This document shows, in pieces, positions 50,760-63,525 of a stretch of DNA of 64,000 bases (the stretch's first letter is position 1; each line of letters starts with the position of its first letter). Made by a program: the position numbers and the translations under genes. Source of the DNA: Pelomyxa schiedti (taxonomy: Eukaryota; Protista; Evosea); contig JAHLWZ010000165.1 of assembly GCA_020536535.1 (NCBI GenBank), forward strand, positions 1-64,000, in the 5' to 3' direction. The notes under the pieces were generated by a model. It was given only the letters and a program-made list of their open reading frames with translations. It ran no database searches and was not told the origin of the DNA.

Positions 50760-53700
50760 ATGGCGAGTGCGGACCGTGGTGAAGAGGCTCTTGTACGGGG
50801 AACAGGCACAGGACTCGTGGCGTGGCCGTACGTGGTGTACACGCTGAGGACCGGGGGGGGCAGGGAGGACGCCAAGCTGGAAGCCCTGGCCCTCGCCGCC
50901 CGGCTGCTGCGCTCCCGGTCTCCGGAGGACGACGCCCCCGCGACCTACTTCCACACCCTCTACCCCTGCCTCGCGGGGGAATTCGTCGGCGTACCCCCCT
51001 CCGCCGCCGCGGCCCCCGCTCGGGCAGCGCCGCCCCCTGCCTCGCCAGCGACGGCGGTGCTCCTGCGGGCGCCAGGCGGGGGAAGCAGCGGGGGGAAGTA
51101 CACGGGGGAGAGCGGGATACGGGCGGCGAGGAGGAGCGAGGAGGTGCGGGTGGGGGCGCTGGCGGCCCTGGAGGCCCTGCTGGACAAGTACGGCGGCCGC
51201 GTGGACGCGACCGCGGACCGGTATATGCAGGGGGTGTCGACCTCGCTCGTGGCTTCTTTTTTGGATGACGTCAGGGACAGCGGGAATAGGTGGGCTCCGT
51301 CCCCTTGTCGCCTGCCATTTTGAATGCTTCCTAACTTGCTTTTTTTCTTCTTTGCATTTTCTCCTTCCTTCTCTTGCTGGGCACTCTTTGGGATGCAGAG
51401 AATTGAGACTGCTATGCATTAAATGCCTGGAGAAGCTTCTTGTGAATGTGAAAAGGAACAACCCGGCATTTCTAAGGGGGCTTCTACCTGGAGTTGCCTC
51501 TACTATGTTCAAAGTCGCAACTGGTGACTCCTTTTCCGTCACTGTCTTCCCTTAATTCAGTTAGGTGACTACAAGGCAGGTGGCTACATTATCAGCAATG
51601 CAATCCGGGTAAAATATTGATAGCATTACCAAAGCTGACTAATGTCTAGGTTCTAGCCATTACATTCCACAATACCCTTTCCACATCTACTGATGCTGAA
51701 GGAGCTTGGCGAAGTGAAGTAGCCACAAAGTTTCGTGTAATTGTATCTGCACTCTTTGGATCTTCTCTACCACATGAAATTCAATCAAAATGGCGTGTGC
51801 GCTTGGCCTTGGTAGAAGGTGCTTCAGTATTACTGAATGTGGCAAAATTGGTTGAGACCTGGGAAACCACAGTAAATGAGGAACAGGGTACATATCAACA
51901 TCTGGTTAATTGTCTTGTATTCCATTGTTACGATGAAATTGATCAGGTGAGAAGTGAAGGATTGCAAAATTAATCTAATGCAAATTAGGTGGCCATAGCC
52001 AGCCGAAAGTACTTGCTGGCTTTATCAAATCAGCTTCAACAAACTGTGCAGCTGCCTGGTAGACCTATCTTCCATAAACAAAAAACTCACCAAACATCAT
52101 TAAGACTCAGCTGCTTCTGAAGGTCTGGTGGAAGAAGCTCTCAGGTCTATTCAAGCTACATTCCACAGTTCCAACCTCCCACCAACCCCGGCACATTTTT
52201 CTGTGAATGATATGTTTGCCAAGCACTTATCTCAACTGATTGGCACCCTTGGGTCTCCCACATCAAAGACGGACCAAGTATTGTTTTCTAGGCCAGTGAT
52301 GCACTCACTTAACTGGTTACCTCAAGATTACTTTTGAATTAAGAGGCATAACTGGGTATCTAATACTGTTGGGAACCTTGACAGAGCCAGTTCTGCAGAC
52401 TTGTGCACAATCCTTCATAGAGAAACTAATCCAGTTGTGTGAATTTGATCTATTTGATGTAGTTGCAGAGACTCCATTTCTCAACTCTTCTCGTGGTATG
52501 TGCTTAAGGGCATACAGAGATGTCTTATAGTTGTAGTAAGCACTACATTAAGGCTGGAAGACGTTACCGATTTTCATACAGCTCAGCCTTTGTCACTTCC
52601 AACAGATTACCCTAGAAAAATACTGAAACATTTTCAGTATGGAGTTTGACTCATTTTTTTTTTTTCATCCATTACAGTGACGAAAAAGTATACAATGCCA
52701 TCACTGAGTTATGTACCACTTTGGGAAGCCTCCCCTCACGTACTTTGTTTGTCGATATTATGTGCTCAATGCTTCATGATGAAAAGTACACACTATCATT
52801 TCCTCAGGTGAGACAGTTTCAGGTGTAACACCACTAAAAGTGTCTACCAGATTTGTTTCCTTCTTACAGGGATTCTCTCAGTAAAGAATCGTAAAATAGT
52901 TTCGCACTTCAGCCTTGTTGAGAATCACCCAATATTGCCACTGGACTCAGCAATTAGCAGTCTTATTCTTGATGCGTGTATCCCTCTGACGGTATGTACT
53001 TTTTTATTGTGTACCCACTCAGCGGCCTTTTTGCTAATCAGAGCTGGGAATCTTCAGACACACCTCTCAAAGGAAAGCAGAAGAAAAGTTGTGTTCTTGC
53101 AGCAAGTCTGGCTGTTGAATGTATTGGCACACTTTCCAGAGCAATGGGTCAAGCCTTTTCCTCTCATTTGTTGACGTCATTGTATCCTATCTTGCAAACT
53201 TTGGGGTATGACTTGAGCTTTTTTGTTGCGCAATGAAGAGATTGACATAACTGAGTGAGCCAAGTAGTTTCTTCATTGCACAACAGAGCCATGCAAAGAG
53301 TGACAGAGTGGAGATTAGCCTTACATATTATCTCATTTAGTGTTATTGCAGAGATTACGAACCAGCTGTGGTTGAATCTTCGTGGATGTGTCTCTCTGAT
53401 TTTGCCAATGCCTGTGAGCTTAAAGATGTACCCTCCTTGATAGCTCAAAACGTGGATTACATATTGAATAATATCCAGTACCACATTCACCACATTGGTA
53501 AGTAATAACTCGGCAAAGTAGTGCCTTAACAAAGAGCAGACAGCTACCCGAACACCACTTTAGTCTTCCGAGGGATTTTAAATTTTGCTGGCGCTGGATT
53601 CCTTCCTTTGCTTGAAGACACTCTGGATTCAATTCTCAAAATGTTGGAAGAAAAATCCAGGTCATATTATATCTCATAGAGGAGAAATCTAATTCGTTAT

Positions 53701-54967
53701 CAAAGTTTATATACAGAATCTTTCTTCCGGATATTACATAGCGTCACCTCAGTTATTGCATCTGAAGCAAAAAAGAATTCTCCAGCTCCCTGTTCTGCTC
53801 AGGATGAGTACCCTTTGGATAATTTACCCTCCACAAGTGACAATAGTACTGCACGTGACTCCAGCAGTACCGTTGATCCTGATGTTGCACGAAACTTTTT
53901 TGAAGAGCATTTGAGAAAACAGCAGGAACCCTCTGTCGACGATTGTGCACCGGTACCATTTCCAATCAACTTCTGTTAATGAGCAGAAGGCCTATGAAAT
54001 GGAATCGGAAAAATCTTCAAGAGACCCTGCACAGAGGCAACGGATAGACTATATAGGGAAAATATTGGAGAGGTGCCAGCACTATCTCGATTTTCGCGTG
54101 CCTGCTGTTCGGATACTCGTTTTGGAGATAATAGCGAAGGTAAAGCAACTTCAGTGATAGTAAATACTTAGAACAATCACAGGGTATACAAGCACTTGTC
54201 AATGACCGAGCACCAGAAACATGTTTGGCTACTTCAAAAGAAGTTGCAATATGGCCGCTACTACATGTTCTCTGGGACCCCCTTGTTTCGAGGCTATTTG
54301 ACTCTGAAAGAGTGTGCTAATACCTTTTGTTACCTTTTCTTACTCTTTAAAGCCTGTCATAGTAAAAACCATTGGAGTTTTTTCGGTTATTTCCACTCTG
54401 TGTCAGAGTGTATTGGCTAGTAGATTCAGTCAGACTGTGTGGCCTTCATTAAGCAATAGAATTGTCCCTTTCTTAAAAACGCTTCCCGTGGACAGAACTA
54501 TCAGCCAGGTTTTTTTGTGTTCACCCCTCAGGAGTTTCTTACTTTCCTTTCTCAGTTTGATTGGAATTTCAAAGAGATGTCCGCTATAACGGATTGCTTA
54601 GCAACTATTTCACAGAACATAACAATTTCCCGCAAGACAGTTTTGGATATATGTCACACGTTTCTGCCTCTACTCTCTCAATCATGCCCAGAACCGCTTC
54701 AACAACGGTACCACTTTCACTCAATTCCCCACCCCTTATAATTATTACAGAGCAATAGAATTGTTTCTCGCCCTGGGTGTACACAACGGGGAGAAAGTGT
54801 GGTCATTTGTCTCGCCTATGGCCGGCACAACAGCCGCACTCGGCCCAGTACCAACCCCCCTTGTGGGTTTTGTATGTCCCCCTCCACAATGGTTCTTTTC
54901 CACATCCAGAGATAACAACCAGTATCATCCAGCATGTTCTCGTCTTGCACGCAAATTAGCAGCATAG
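50760..54967 (+). CDS. TTI1: TELO2-interacting protein 1 (TTT complex, HEAT repeats)
   Basis: LLPGVASTMFKVATGDYKAG, KWRVRLAL, LLTSLYPILQTLG, LIAQNVDYILNNI, ILERCQHYL...LWPLLHVLWDPLVSRL, SRFSQTVWPSL. Confidence 0.8.
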
Positions 54968-55270
54968 AGACGAAACACCACAAAAAAAAAAGTGTCAGTT
55001 GCATCCCAGAGGTGCTATAAACATTATTTGTTCTTTAAAAACTCTTTTTAACATCACTCTCTCCTTTCTATCCCGTTGTGGACGTGCTTGGCACAATTTT
55101 TACAAAAAGCAAATTGTGGGCTCCGGCTTTCGTGCGTGGTAAAAAAAAAAGGCATTCCTAAGAAAATGAACACTCAACAAAGGATTTTACATTCAAACGC
55201 AAAATTTAGCCCACCTTGTGGGCTGCTATAAACACGAAAACGTAGATAGAGCATGCCTCCACCCCCATTA

Positions 55271-58200
55271 CTAGGAGGCTCTGTCAGCAGCACAAGGGGT
55301 GGCTGTAGCGCCCGAGGTTCTCAGCGGTGTGTTGGTTGCGGTGCACGAGGTCCGCAGTGGGGTGTTTGTTGTAGTTCCCGAGTTTTGCAGTGGAGTGGTG
55401 GCGGTTGTGGTTGCGGCGGTCGCGGTGGAATGTGGGCCCGAGGCCCTAAGGTGACCGTTGGAGGGGGTGGACTGTGGGCCCGAGGCCCGCAGGTGGCCGG
55501 TGGCGGGCGGCGACGTGCGCGGCGACGAGGAGAGCTGCTGCTGCCACGATGAAATGTTCATCTTGGCGTTGGATATGAGCTCGGACACCTCTGGCATGAC
55601 ACCGGCAAGAGGGTCAAGGAGTGGCATCATCACAAACTGAATGAATGTAGACTGCATTTTAGCTTGGTTGGTGTTGTGTCTATCCATGAATGGGGAAACA
55701 TCCATTTTCAAGGATTTCTCCTTGTCTCCTTGGCCAAAAAGTTCTGTCCAATGGTGTAAACAGAAATCTGGGTGTGTTGGAAGATACCTGCAACAACTTT
55801 ATTTGCCCAAACTGATGCAATTTTCCATGGCCTGGACACATTTGATATGTCTGCGACCTTCAACACAACTCTTTCAAGGGCAAGGCGGTGTTGAGAATTT
55901 CCGGAATCAAAGTGGGATACTTTTAGGATGGAGTTGAATTCTCCAATAACTTCGAGATGCTTGGCCATATCTAAAATAACTCAGGACACAGCGTTATACT
56001 TTAATTATTGTACCAGTTGAGAGTATCAGAGTTATCACCGACTTACGGAAAAGGCGAAACTGGTCAATTGACAAATGCTTTAGGAAGTTCAAATTCTCCT
56101 GCTTCAGGAGTTGGAAGAGTCTCGCTGCATGCATACTCTCTAAGACTGATTGGTCATTATACTGGATGGCCAAGGGATCCATTGAAGATACTAAGAAGTT
56201 ATTATTTACACCTACGAAAGTCAGAAATGAGGGTGATGACAGGTAAATAACCAGGATGACAAAGGTCGTGAGCTAGGGCAGCAATGAGTAAAGCAAGCTT
56301 TTCTAAAGGCGGTATATTACATAGAAGCTCTGTACACATAAGCCAATGTACAGCTTGCATTACATCGGCTGCGTGGAGACTAAGACAAGGAGGTTAAATA
56401 CGATAACCCTCAGTTTTTTGTTCGAACCTTGTGTGATAAGGATTCGTATCCACGTAGTTCTGCTCTGCTACTATAGCAAATCTGATGAATTACGTTACAA
56501 GTGAAGAATTTAGAGAGGCCTTATTACGCCATAAAGGTGGCTTCGTCGATTTCAAACTCTTCAATAAGACCATGGTGTCTAAGCAATAAACAGGCGATGG
56601 TACTGAGGGTATGCGCTTCAGCTGTTTGTGTGTACTATAATTTGCTTACTGAACGCAACATTAAAGGTTTCCTACCTCAAAGAGATCAAAGCTCCACTTG
56701 TTTATTCGATGTTCGGTTACCTTTACACCACACTTAACCACGCCAAAGTTTGAATTGGAGGGAGTCACAGTCCTGGCAGGAGTACAAAAGGAACCCTACT
56801 AACATTAAAGAAATCGGGAAAAACGGGCTGATACTTCAAGTTTCGGAACTAGCTGATCTAAGAGGAAAGCTTTTGCTTCTGACTCAACGCACATTAGTTG
56901 TTGTTCATCAAACTGATACCTACTTAGGTGAGATTTTATTGTTATTCAGAATCGTACAGCTTCTTCTCTGCAATGAGGTGCTTGATCAATTCTAAGTTCC
57001 TAGAACCGTGTGAGTGCCATTTAATTGATCGCGAGTCCAACCTCAATTCATTTGCCTTTAAATGAGAATTTCCTTGTAATTCCTCTAGCATTTGAATTAC
57101 GGATTCGGCTTGAGAGGAAAACCCGATGTCCCCTCGCATTTGAATCATTACAGAGAGCTATGAAAGATAAGCTACGCTAAGCACAATAGAAAGATACTTG
57201 TCTCTGCAGTGCGTCATTGGACTTCTGCAGTTTTCTTCGCTGATGTATCAATAATGCCATACCAACCAAAGATATTCCAAATAGTGCTGCTACACTACAC
57301 ACAATTGCTGGAACTAGAACTTCGGCACTAGGACCCCCATTGGATCTTGCCGGTATCCATGTTGCCCATGTCTACAAATTATTAGTTGTATGGCCTCAAA
57401 GACTTTCTTACAGCTGTATGATTCTGTAGCCAGAGGCAACTAGCTTCCTCATAAGTGAATCCTCTTTCTGCAACGTCATCTGCAAACCAACTTAGTAATC
57501 TTCGAAGCTGAGAGAACGCCTACACATAATATCCATTTGGTCCTCATTGGTCAGGGACAATTGCTTGAGGAGAGAGAATTCATGAGGAAATTCTGTTGGA
57601 AACACAGGCCACAATGCCTTATATAAAACTTCCTCAGGATAGTCACAGAAAACATCAGAAGAATGCTCATAGCAAGAATCAGTGTAATATGGCAGGGTGA
57701 CCCGACTAAGAGCATGCTTGAGAAGGTAATGGTGAGGGTCCCACAAATAAAACACTATGCACTGGTGCAATTCAAATGCTTCATCAATCTTTGCAAGTAA
57801 TACAGATTCATCAGTCGGTACTACCGCGAGATTCCACCCATTGCTTCGGCAAATTTGTTCATCAAAAGTGGCCCACGGTGAAGACCATAAAGTATGATTA
57901 ACAGCTGTAAAGAATTCCTCCCTCTCAGAGGGACTCATCCCGACAAAATTATCTGTAACCAATATTAGTGCATTAAGAGGGAAGAAAGAAAGCACGTACC
58001 TGCCCGCGGGTACCTCTCAAGGCAAAATGTAGGGATGTACCAACCATTTCTTCCAATTACTCCCAGGGGTCCCCCATTAATAACTTGCCCACTCCCAATG
58101 TAAGCTTCTTTATCTTGCTCCTCTCCTGAGGTCCAAACTTCCAAAGCAATATGCCCTGTGCCCTCTCTTAGAAGCTCCCATTTTTCGTGATTATCTACAA

Positions 58201-58462
58201 CTGTTGTCTGTTGAGTGTCAGTGTAGAATATCCAAAGGTTAAGTAAAAAAAAACTCACAGTAACAGCAGTGCCCAACTTTTCCTGTAGCAAAATTGTGGC
58301 TAGTGCCAAATTGACGTCGCTGGCCATCCAGTAGCCGCCCACAATTGCGACGGAGCGGCTCCCGTCCGGAGTGTACCGATCTTGGAAACAAACACTCGAC
58401 GCCACCGGCAGGCCTAACGCACACACAAGTAAGAAAAGAAGGCCCCCGTTGTAGTTGCTCAT
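55271..58462 (-). CDS. Single-pass membrane class I cyclic-nucleotide phosphodiesterase with extracellular ProX/OpuAC-like solute-binding domain
   Basis: Signal peptide; binding-domain motifs ILLQEKLG, IALEVW, GPLGVIGRNGWYIP, FYLWDPH, CDYP; TM VLVPAIVCVVAALFGISLVGMALLI; PDE motifs WSFDLF, NPYHTSLHAADV, HDLCHPGVNNNFL, YNDQSVLESMH, STDM, ADISN..RPW, FGQGDKE, SPFMDR, MQSTFI. Confidence 0.9.
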
Positions 58463-58866
58463 CCTGAAGATCCCGCAGGTCGCACCCCTAGGACCTACTT
58501 TTTCCTTTTCTCGTCGTACCGCGAAGTGATGTTTGCTTGCAAAGAAAAATGCATTTTTCTCGGATGAGCTCATTGAAGTAGGTTCGAGTTAATCAAGATC
58601 CACCAGAATCAATCGGGAAACGGCTCTTTTCGTTGCTTTGTCATTGTCTTTTTCCACGCGGGTCAAATCAGGAGGCTTCGAAGAGACGGGGGGGAGTCTT
58701 GTTCAGTTGAGTCGGGGAGACCCAGACAACACCAGACAACACACAGGTGTGATGTGGTTCACAGAGCAGGTCTGCTTATGACAGCGACTCCTGGCAAATT
58801 ACTCAAAAGGAAAAAATAAGCTTGTTTTCATCACTTTCAAGGAAGGTGCCAAGAGCCAATCAAACA

Positions 58867-60146
58867 ATGGAGGTTCGGGCGGTCGTTATCGATAGTGGCA
58901 CTGGAACCTGCAAGGCCGGTTTCGCTGGCGATGCTGCACCTCGTGCCATAATTCCCGTGAGTGATTTCTCACCACGCTACTCCACGCGGCGGGGGTGCTA
59001 TGGGGATTTTTTTCCCCCCTGACCCCTGAGACTCATCCCCCCCTTCCCTCCAAGAGCGTCGTCGGTCGGCACAACCTCAGCAGCGCCGAGGTCCAGGAGC
59101 GGGAGATCAACGCCGTCTGCCCCTACGTCGGCAACGAGGTCCACAGCACCGGCTGGCGCCACATCCTGAGCCTCAAGCACCCCATCGAGCGCGGCGTAAT
59201 TACCAGCTGGGGAGACATGGAGGCCGTGTGGCACCACGCGTTCCACTCGCAGCTCCGCGTCTTCCCAGAGGAGCAAAACGTCCTGGTCACCGAGGCCCCG
59301 CAGGCCAGCCCCAGGCCCAGCCGCGAGAAGGTGGCCCAGATCATGTTCGAGTGCTTCGCGGTCCCGGGCCTGTGCGTGGCGGCCCAGGCGCCCCTGGCCC
59401 TGCACGCCTCGGGCCGGGCCACGGGGCTGGTGCTGGACTCGGGCGAGGGGGTCACGCACACGGTCCCCGTCTGCGAGGAGGGCTGCGCGGCCGCCCCCGG
59501 CGCCGCCCTCAGGCTCGACCTCGCCGGGGGCGATCTCACGGCCTACATGGAGAGAATCCTCGCCGACCGCGGGCACTCGCTCCAGAAGGAGCCCCCCGTG
59601 GCCAGGGACATCAAGGAGAAGCTGGGATATGTGGCTATTGACTTTGATGCTGAAGTGATGCACCACACAACGCCGTCACCATCACCATCACCATCACCAT
59701 CTTCGGCTTCGGCTACTGCTGCTTCGTTTGAGAAGAGATATGAGCTTCCTGATGGACAGGCAATCATGATTGGGAACGAGAGTTTCATGTGCCCAGAGGC
59801 CCTGTTCCGGCCCTCGCTGATTGGCATGGAGGCTGTGGGTATCCACGAGACTTGCTACAGCTCCATATCCAAGTGTGACGTCGAGATCAGGGGCAGAATG
59901 TACGGCAACATCCTGCTATCTGGTGGCACGACAATGTTCCCAGGACTTCCTGCAAGACTTCACAAGGAAATGACAGCCCTTGCCCCGCCAGGCACAAGGG
60001 TCAATGTAATAGCACCACCGGGTAGGCAGAACTACGCGTGGGTCGGTGGATCGAACCTAGCATCACTCAGCACTTCGCAGATATGGATTACAAAGGAGGA
60101 TTATGACAATTCCGGCCCTTCTGTTGTACACAGTAAGTGCTACTAG
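58867..60146 (+). CDS. Divergent actin / actin-like protein (1 intron)
   Basis: [84 protein letters not shown]. Confidence 0.95.
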
Positions 60147-60312
60147 ATTGAGTCCACTAATGAACGTTTTCACGACTGCCTCTGAGCTCCAAACACAAAA
60201 CATTCCTTGCAATTACCTTGAATTCCGAGACCGCTACTGTTGTTCCTAAGTCGGTGGCTAGCAGTCATCAATTAAAAGAATTGCGTTTCCCTTTTTTTTT
60301 CCTTTCTCTGAA

Positions 60313-62377
60313 TTACATGTGTGGGGTGCCACTGTCGGGATCAACCACGCAAAGCAGAGAGTAGTGCATTTTTGTGGGTTGTTCCTCTGGTGCTGCTAGA
60401 ACCACAGAGTAGCTGTTTATTCCACCACAAGAATTACTCCGGTTATGTGGTTGTGTTGACCAGGCCACCACACTATCAGGGAATCCCCAGGTAGATAGAA
60501 CCGCCCATTGTCCTGGTTCTAACACGGCTCTGTCGTAGGCATTAAAATGGGAGTTTTGGTAAAAGTTTTCTGACCTTATAGCAGACAAGCACTGAGACAC
60601 AAAAGCGGAAGGTAGTAGGCCTTTGCATCTTAGTGACCAGCCACTGCTTTTAGCGTAAGCAACCAGTGCGAAACTCGAGCTTAGTTGCACTTCCGGAGAA
60701 AGAGCGGGTGATTTCCAGGAATGGAGCCCAATCCACTCTTGCAAATCTTGCTGCAGATCCCCGTCCTCTTCCCGTTTATCTTGAGTGGCATTAGGTTCAA
60801 AAACTATTTCCTCATACTGTACTTTTGGCTGGAGTGGTTGTACTTCTAATCACTGCCATGATGTCGTTGTAGCTTGGGGCAAATATGGCAGGTGCGTACT
60901 CGTGCATTGATGCTAATTCGTGCTTGCCAACAACACAATCGGGGGGAAATTCCACAGGGCAGGGGAGTCCATCTACAGTGTTGATGAGTGTTGTACAGAT
61001 ACGGGAAATCTTCAACTTTCTGTATAGGACACAAGCATGGATAATGATTCGACTCGGTGGTTTGCCAAACACCATTGAATTCTATCATAGGAAGGCGCTC
61101 CAGGGTGGTACCGCTCTTCTGCTAGGTTGATAACAACCACTATCGAGGATACTCATTAAACGGTAGGAAACGTCTTACAGATACATACAGTAGCTTGAAG
61201 GTTTTTTTTCCTTAGGTCGCTTTATCGGAGACCCAACCAGCCCAAATGATTGGTAAGTGTCTCTTTCCAGCCGCAAAACAAGATGCCCTATATTTGGATG
61301 AGCACGGTAAAAAAGTATAAGTTAGGACATTACCAGATGGAAGGATGGCACACGAATTGCCTGTGTCTAATACTGTACCAACACTCAGTGCAATAAAACT
61401 TCCTAAAAAGTAGTGGGTTCTTTTGATGGTGGAAAAACCATGACAATAACAAAACAAAAAATCTCAATAAAAAATAAGGGATATGTTGCTCAGATTCTCA
61501 GCCAAATACATCATGGCCATTTGGTGCAATTGTTCAAGTTGCATTTAAATAGCTAAGGAAAATAACCTTCTTCGATATTTTCATCATAGCAACCCCTCAT
61601 TTTGGGAAAAAAGAAAAAAGAAGTAATGCAAAAGGAGTTGTACCTGTCTTATTGCAGACATATCTATCAACAAAAGTTTTCTCAACAAGGGACCACAAAG
61701 TACAATTGACTGTATAAAACCACTGGGCAGAGGCAGCAGCATGTAAAGATTCCACGAGTTGTTTTGCACATGGACAGTTCGTAAATACTTCCATCTGAGT
61801 GCGTTTCAGGAAGGGAAACAAGTCACATAACGTTTCCAAAAAAAAAAAAAAAAAAGGTATCAGGAGGAGGGGATAGAATTGAGAGGGACCATCAAACCGC
61901 GTGGTTGAACGGATGTGACATGATGAAATTGTACACGAAATCGAGCCCATCAACATTCCTTGCCTCTTTCTTAATTTTCTTCACACGAGAATGCGGCACT
62001 TTGGTGCTAGCCCGAGTACTAGCACTGGCACTAGCATTAGAACTAGAGCCAGAGCCAGAGTCAGAGATAGCACCGACGGAAGCAGTTGCAGACGACGAAG
62101 GAGACGCATTGGCCCCAATAGTAGTAGTTGCTGTTGTTGACGTGACGGGAGTAGCCGTAGTGGCCAGGAGGGAGGAGGAGGCGGCGGCTTGTCGTTCTGT
62201 CGCGGTGGCATTCGCTCCCTCGGCGGTACCAGTAAGGGGCATTGGCACGTCGGCGTCGGGCTTGCTCGCAGCAGCACTTGGCGGGGGGTGGCGCGGCACT
62301 AGGCACGTGCGGACGTGCAGCTTCGCGGCGATGGCCCGGTTGCATCGCACGTCGTTTATCGCGAAGCAGCTGGCCAT
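60313..62377 (-). CDS. RPP40: Ribonuclease P/MRP subunit p40; start uncertain
   Basis: SHPFNHAV, KDTYQSFGLVG..VINL..YHPGAPSYDRIQWCL, and C-terminal WAVLSTWGFPDSVVAW...GGINSYSVVL (Rpp40 consensus WxxLxVxGFxDSPVSW...GGxNxY). Confidence 0.8.
61485..61593 (-). ncRNA. Candidate intronic box C/D snoRNA
   Basis: Minus strand GTTGC-T-ATGATGA (box C)...ATGATGT (C')...CTGA (box D)-GCAAC, with a perfect 5-bp terminal stem, inside an unusually long (about 230 nt) RPP40 intron. Confidence 0.7.
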
Positions 62378-62573
62378 TTCCAACTGTGAATCTGGGGGGT
62401 GCGCGTGGAGCCTTCCCCAGTACTGCGGGAGTGCAACACACGTACACAAAGGGGAACAGAGAATGTGCATCCTCTCGCACTTCAGTGTTGGACCTCAGGT
62501 GCCTCTTCAATTCCCAAATTGACTGCGTCGACCATCAAAGCGGAAAAAAAAAAAAACCAAAAACAACCACACG

Positions 62574-63464
62574 ATGTCAGACGACGAAGCGGCACCCGCG
62601 GCCAAGGTTGGCGACGACGCCGAGTTCCTGCGATACACGGCCGCTATGACCAAGTACCACGCCAAGGCACAGGAGTACTTCCAGCAGAGGCAGGCGGAGG
62701 TCCAGGCCGTGGGCGAGGTAGTCGCCGCAGCCCGATCGTCGCCCGCTAAGCTCACCGCCGCGCTGGCTACCGCAATGTCCACCCCTCCCCCTCTCTTCTG
62801 GTCTTTCAATGATAAACAGGTTCTTCGGGGTTTTTTTTTTTTTTTTTTTTTTTTTAACATGGTCCGGTCCATTCATCTACGCGTTCCTTTCTTCCCTTTT
62901 AGTTAGTATTGGTGTTGTACAGCTTCAGCGTTTACTTTTGTATTTTTTTTTTTTCCTCCACTTATGTCTATTGCGTGTTTTTGAGGCGGAAATTTAACTA
63001 ACACTCCCTTGTAGTATGAAGACAAGGTCACACAATTGGAACTTGTTGTCAAGATGAACAAACTCAAAGAAGCTCGCGGGGAGGAACTTAAAGCGCAAAT
63101 GGCTGCAGCTGTTGAGCCAATAAAGGAAGGTCTACCGCGAATGGCAGAGCTTGTTCAACAGGCAACTGCTCAGGTCTTGACTCTACTGGGACTATTCGAA
63201 TCCAAGCCGCCAACGCCAATTGAGCCAGCCGTAATGGCCCTCAACCAAGAACAAGCAGATGCTCTTATGAAATATCTTTACCGACTCCTTTCCACCGGCG
63301 ATAATGCCAATCTCCTACTCAAGTGGCATGAAGCTGCATTCAAGAGGGGAGGCCACGGTTCAATTGTGTGTATTCTCTGCCAATTCGATTTCGCCTCGCT
63401 CATACAATCATAACAATAGGTCCGAGTCTTCACCGACAAGACGGAGCTCACACCAAATGCCTAA
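62574..63464 (+). CDS. ARPC5: Arp2/3 complex subunit 5 (p16-Arc)-like protein with insertion
   Basis: IEPAVMALNQEQADALMKYLYRLLSTGDNANLLLKWHEAAFKRGGHGSIVRVFTD. Confidence 0.85.
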
Positions 63465-63525
63465 GTCCTCCTCTTGTAAAAGATTCTTTTTCTCTTTACG
63501 ATGATGAGAATTACCTTCTTTGAAA

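Noticed and set aside
36058-58462. Hpt and PDE as an RdeA-RegA-like pair
   Set aside because: The PDE has no receiver domain, and proximity in a eukaryotic genome is not evidence of a pathway.
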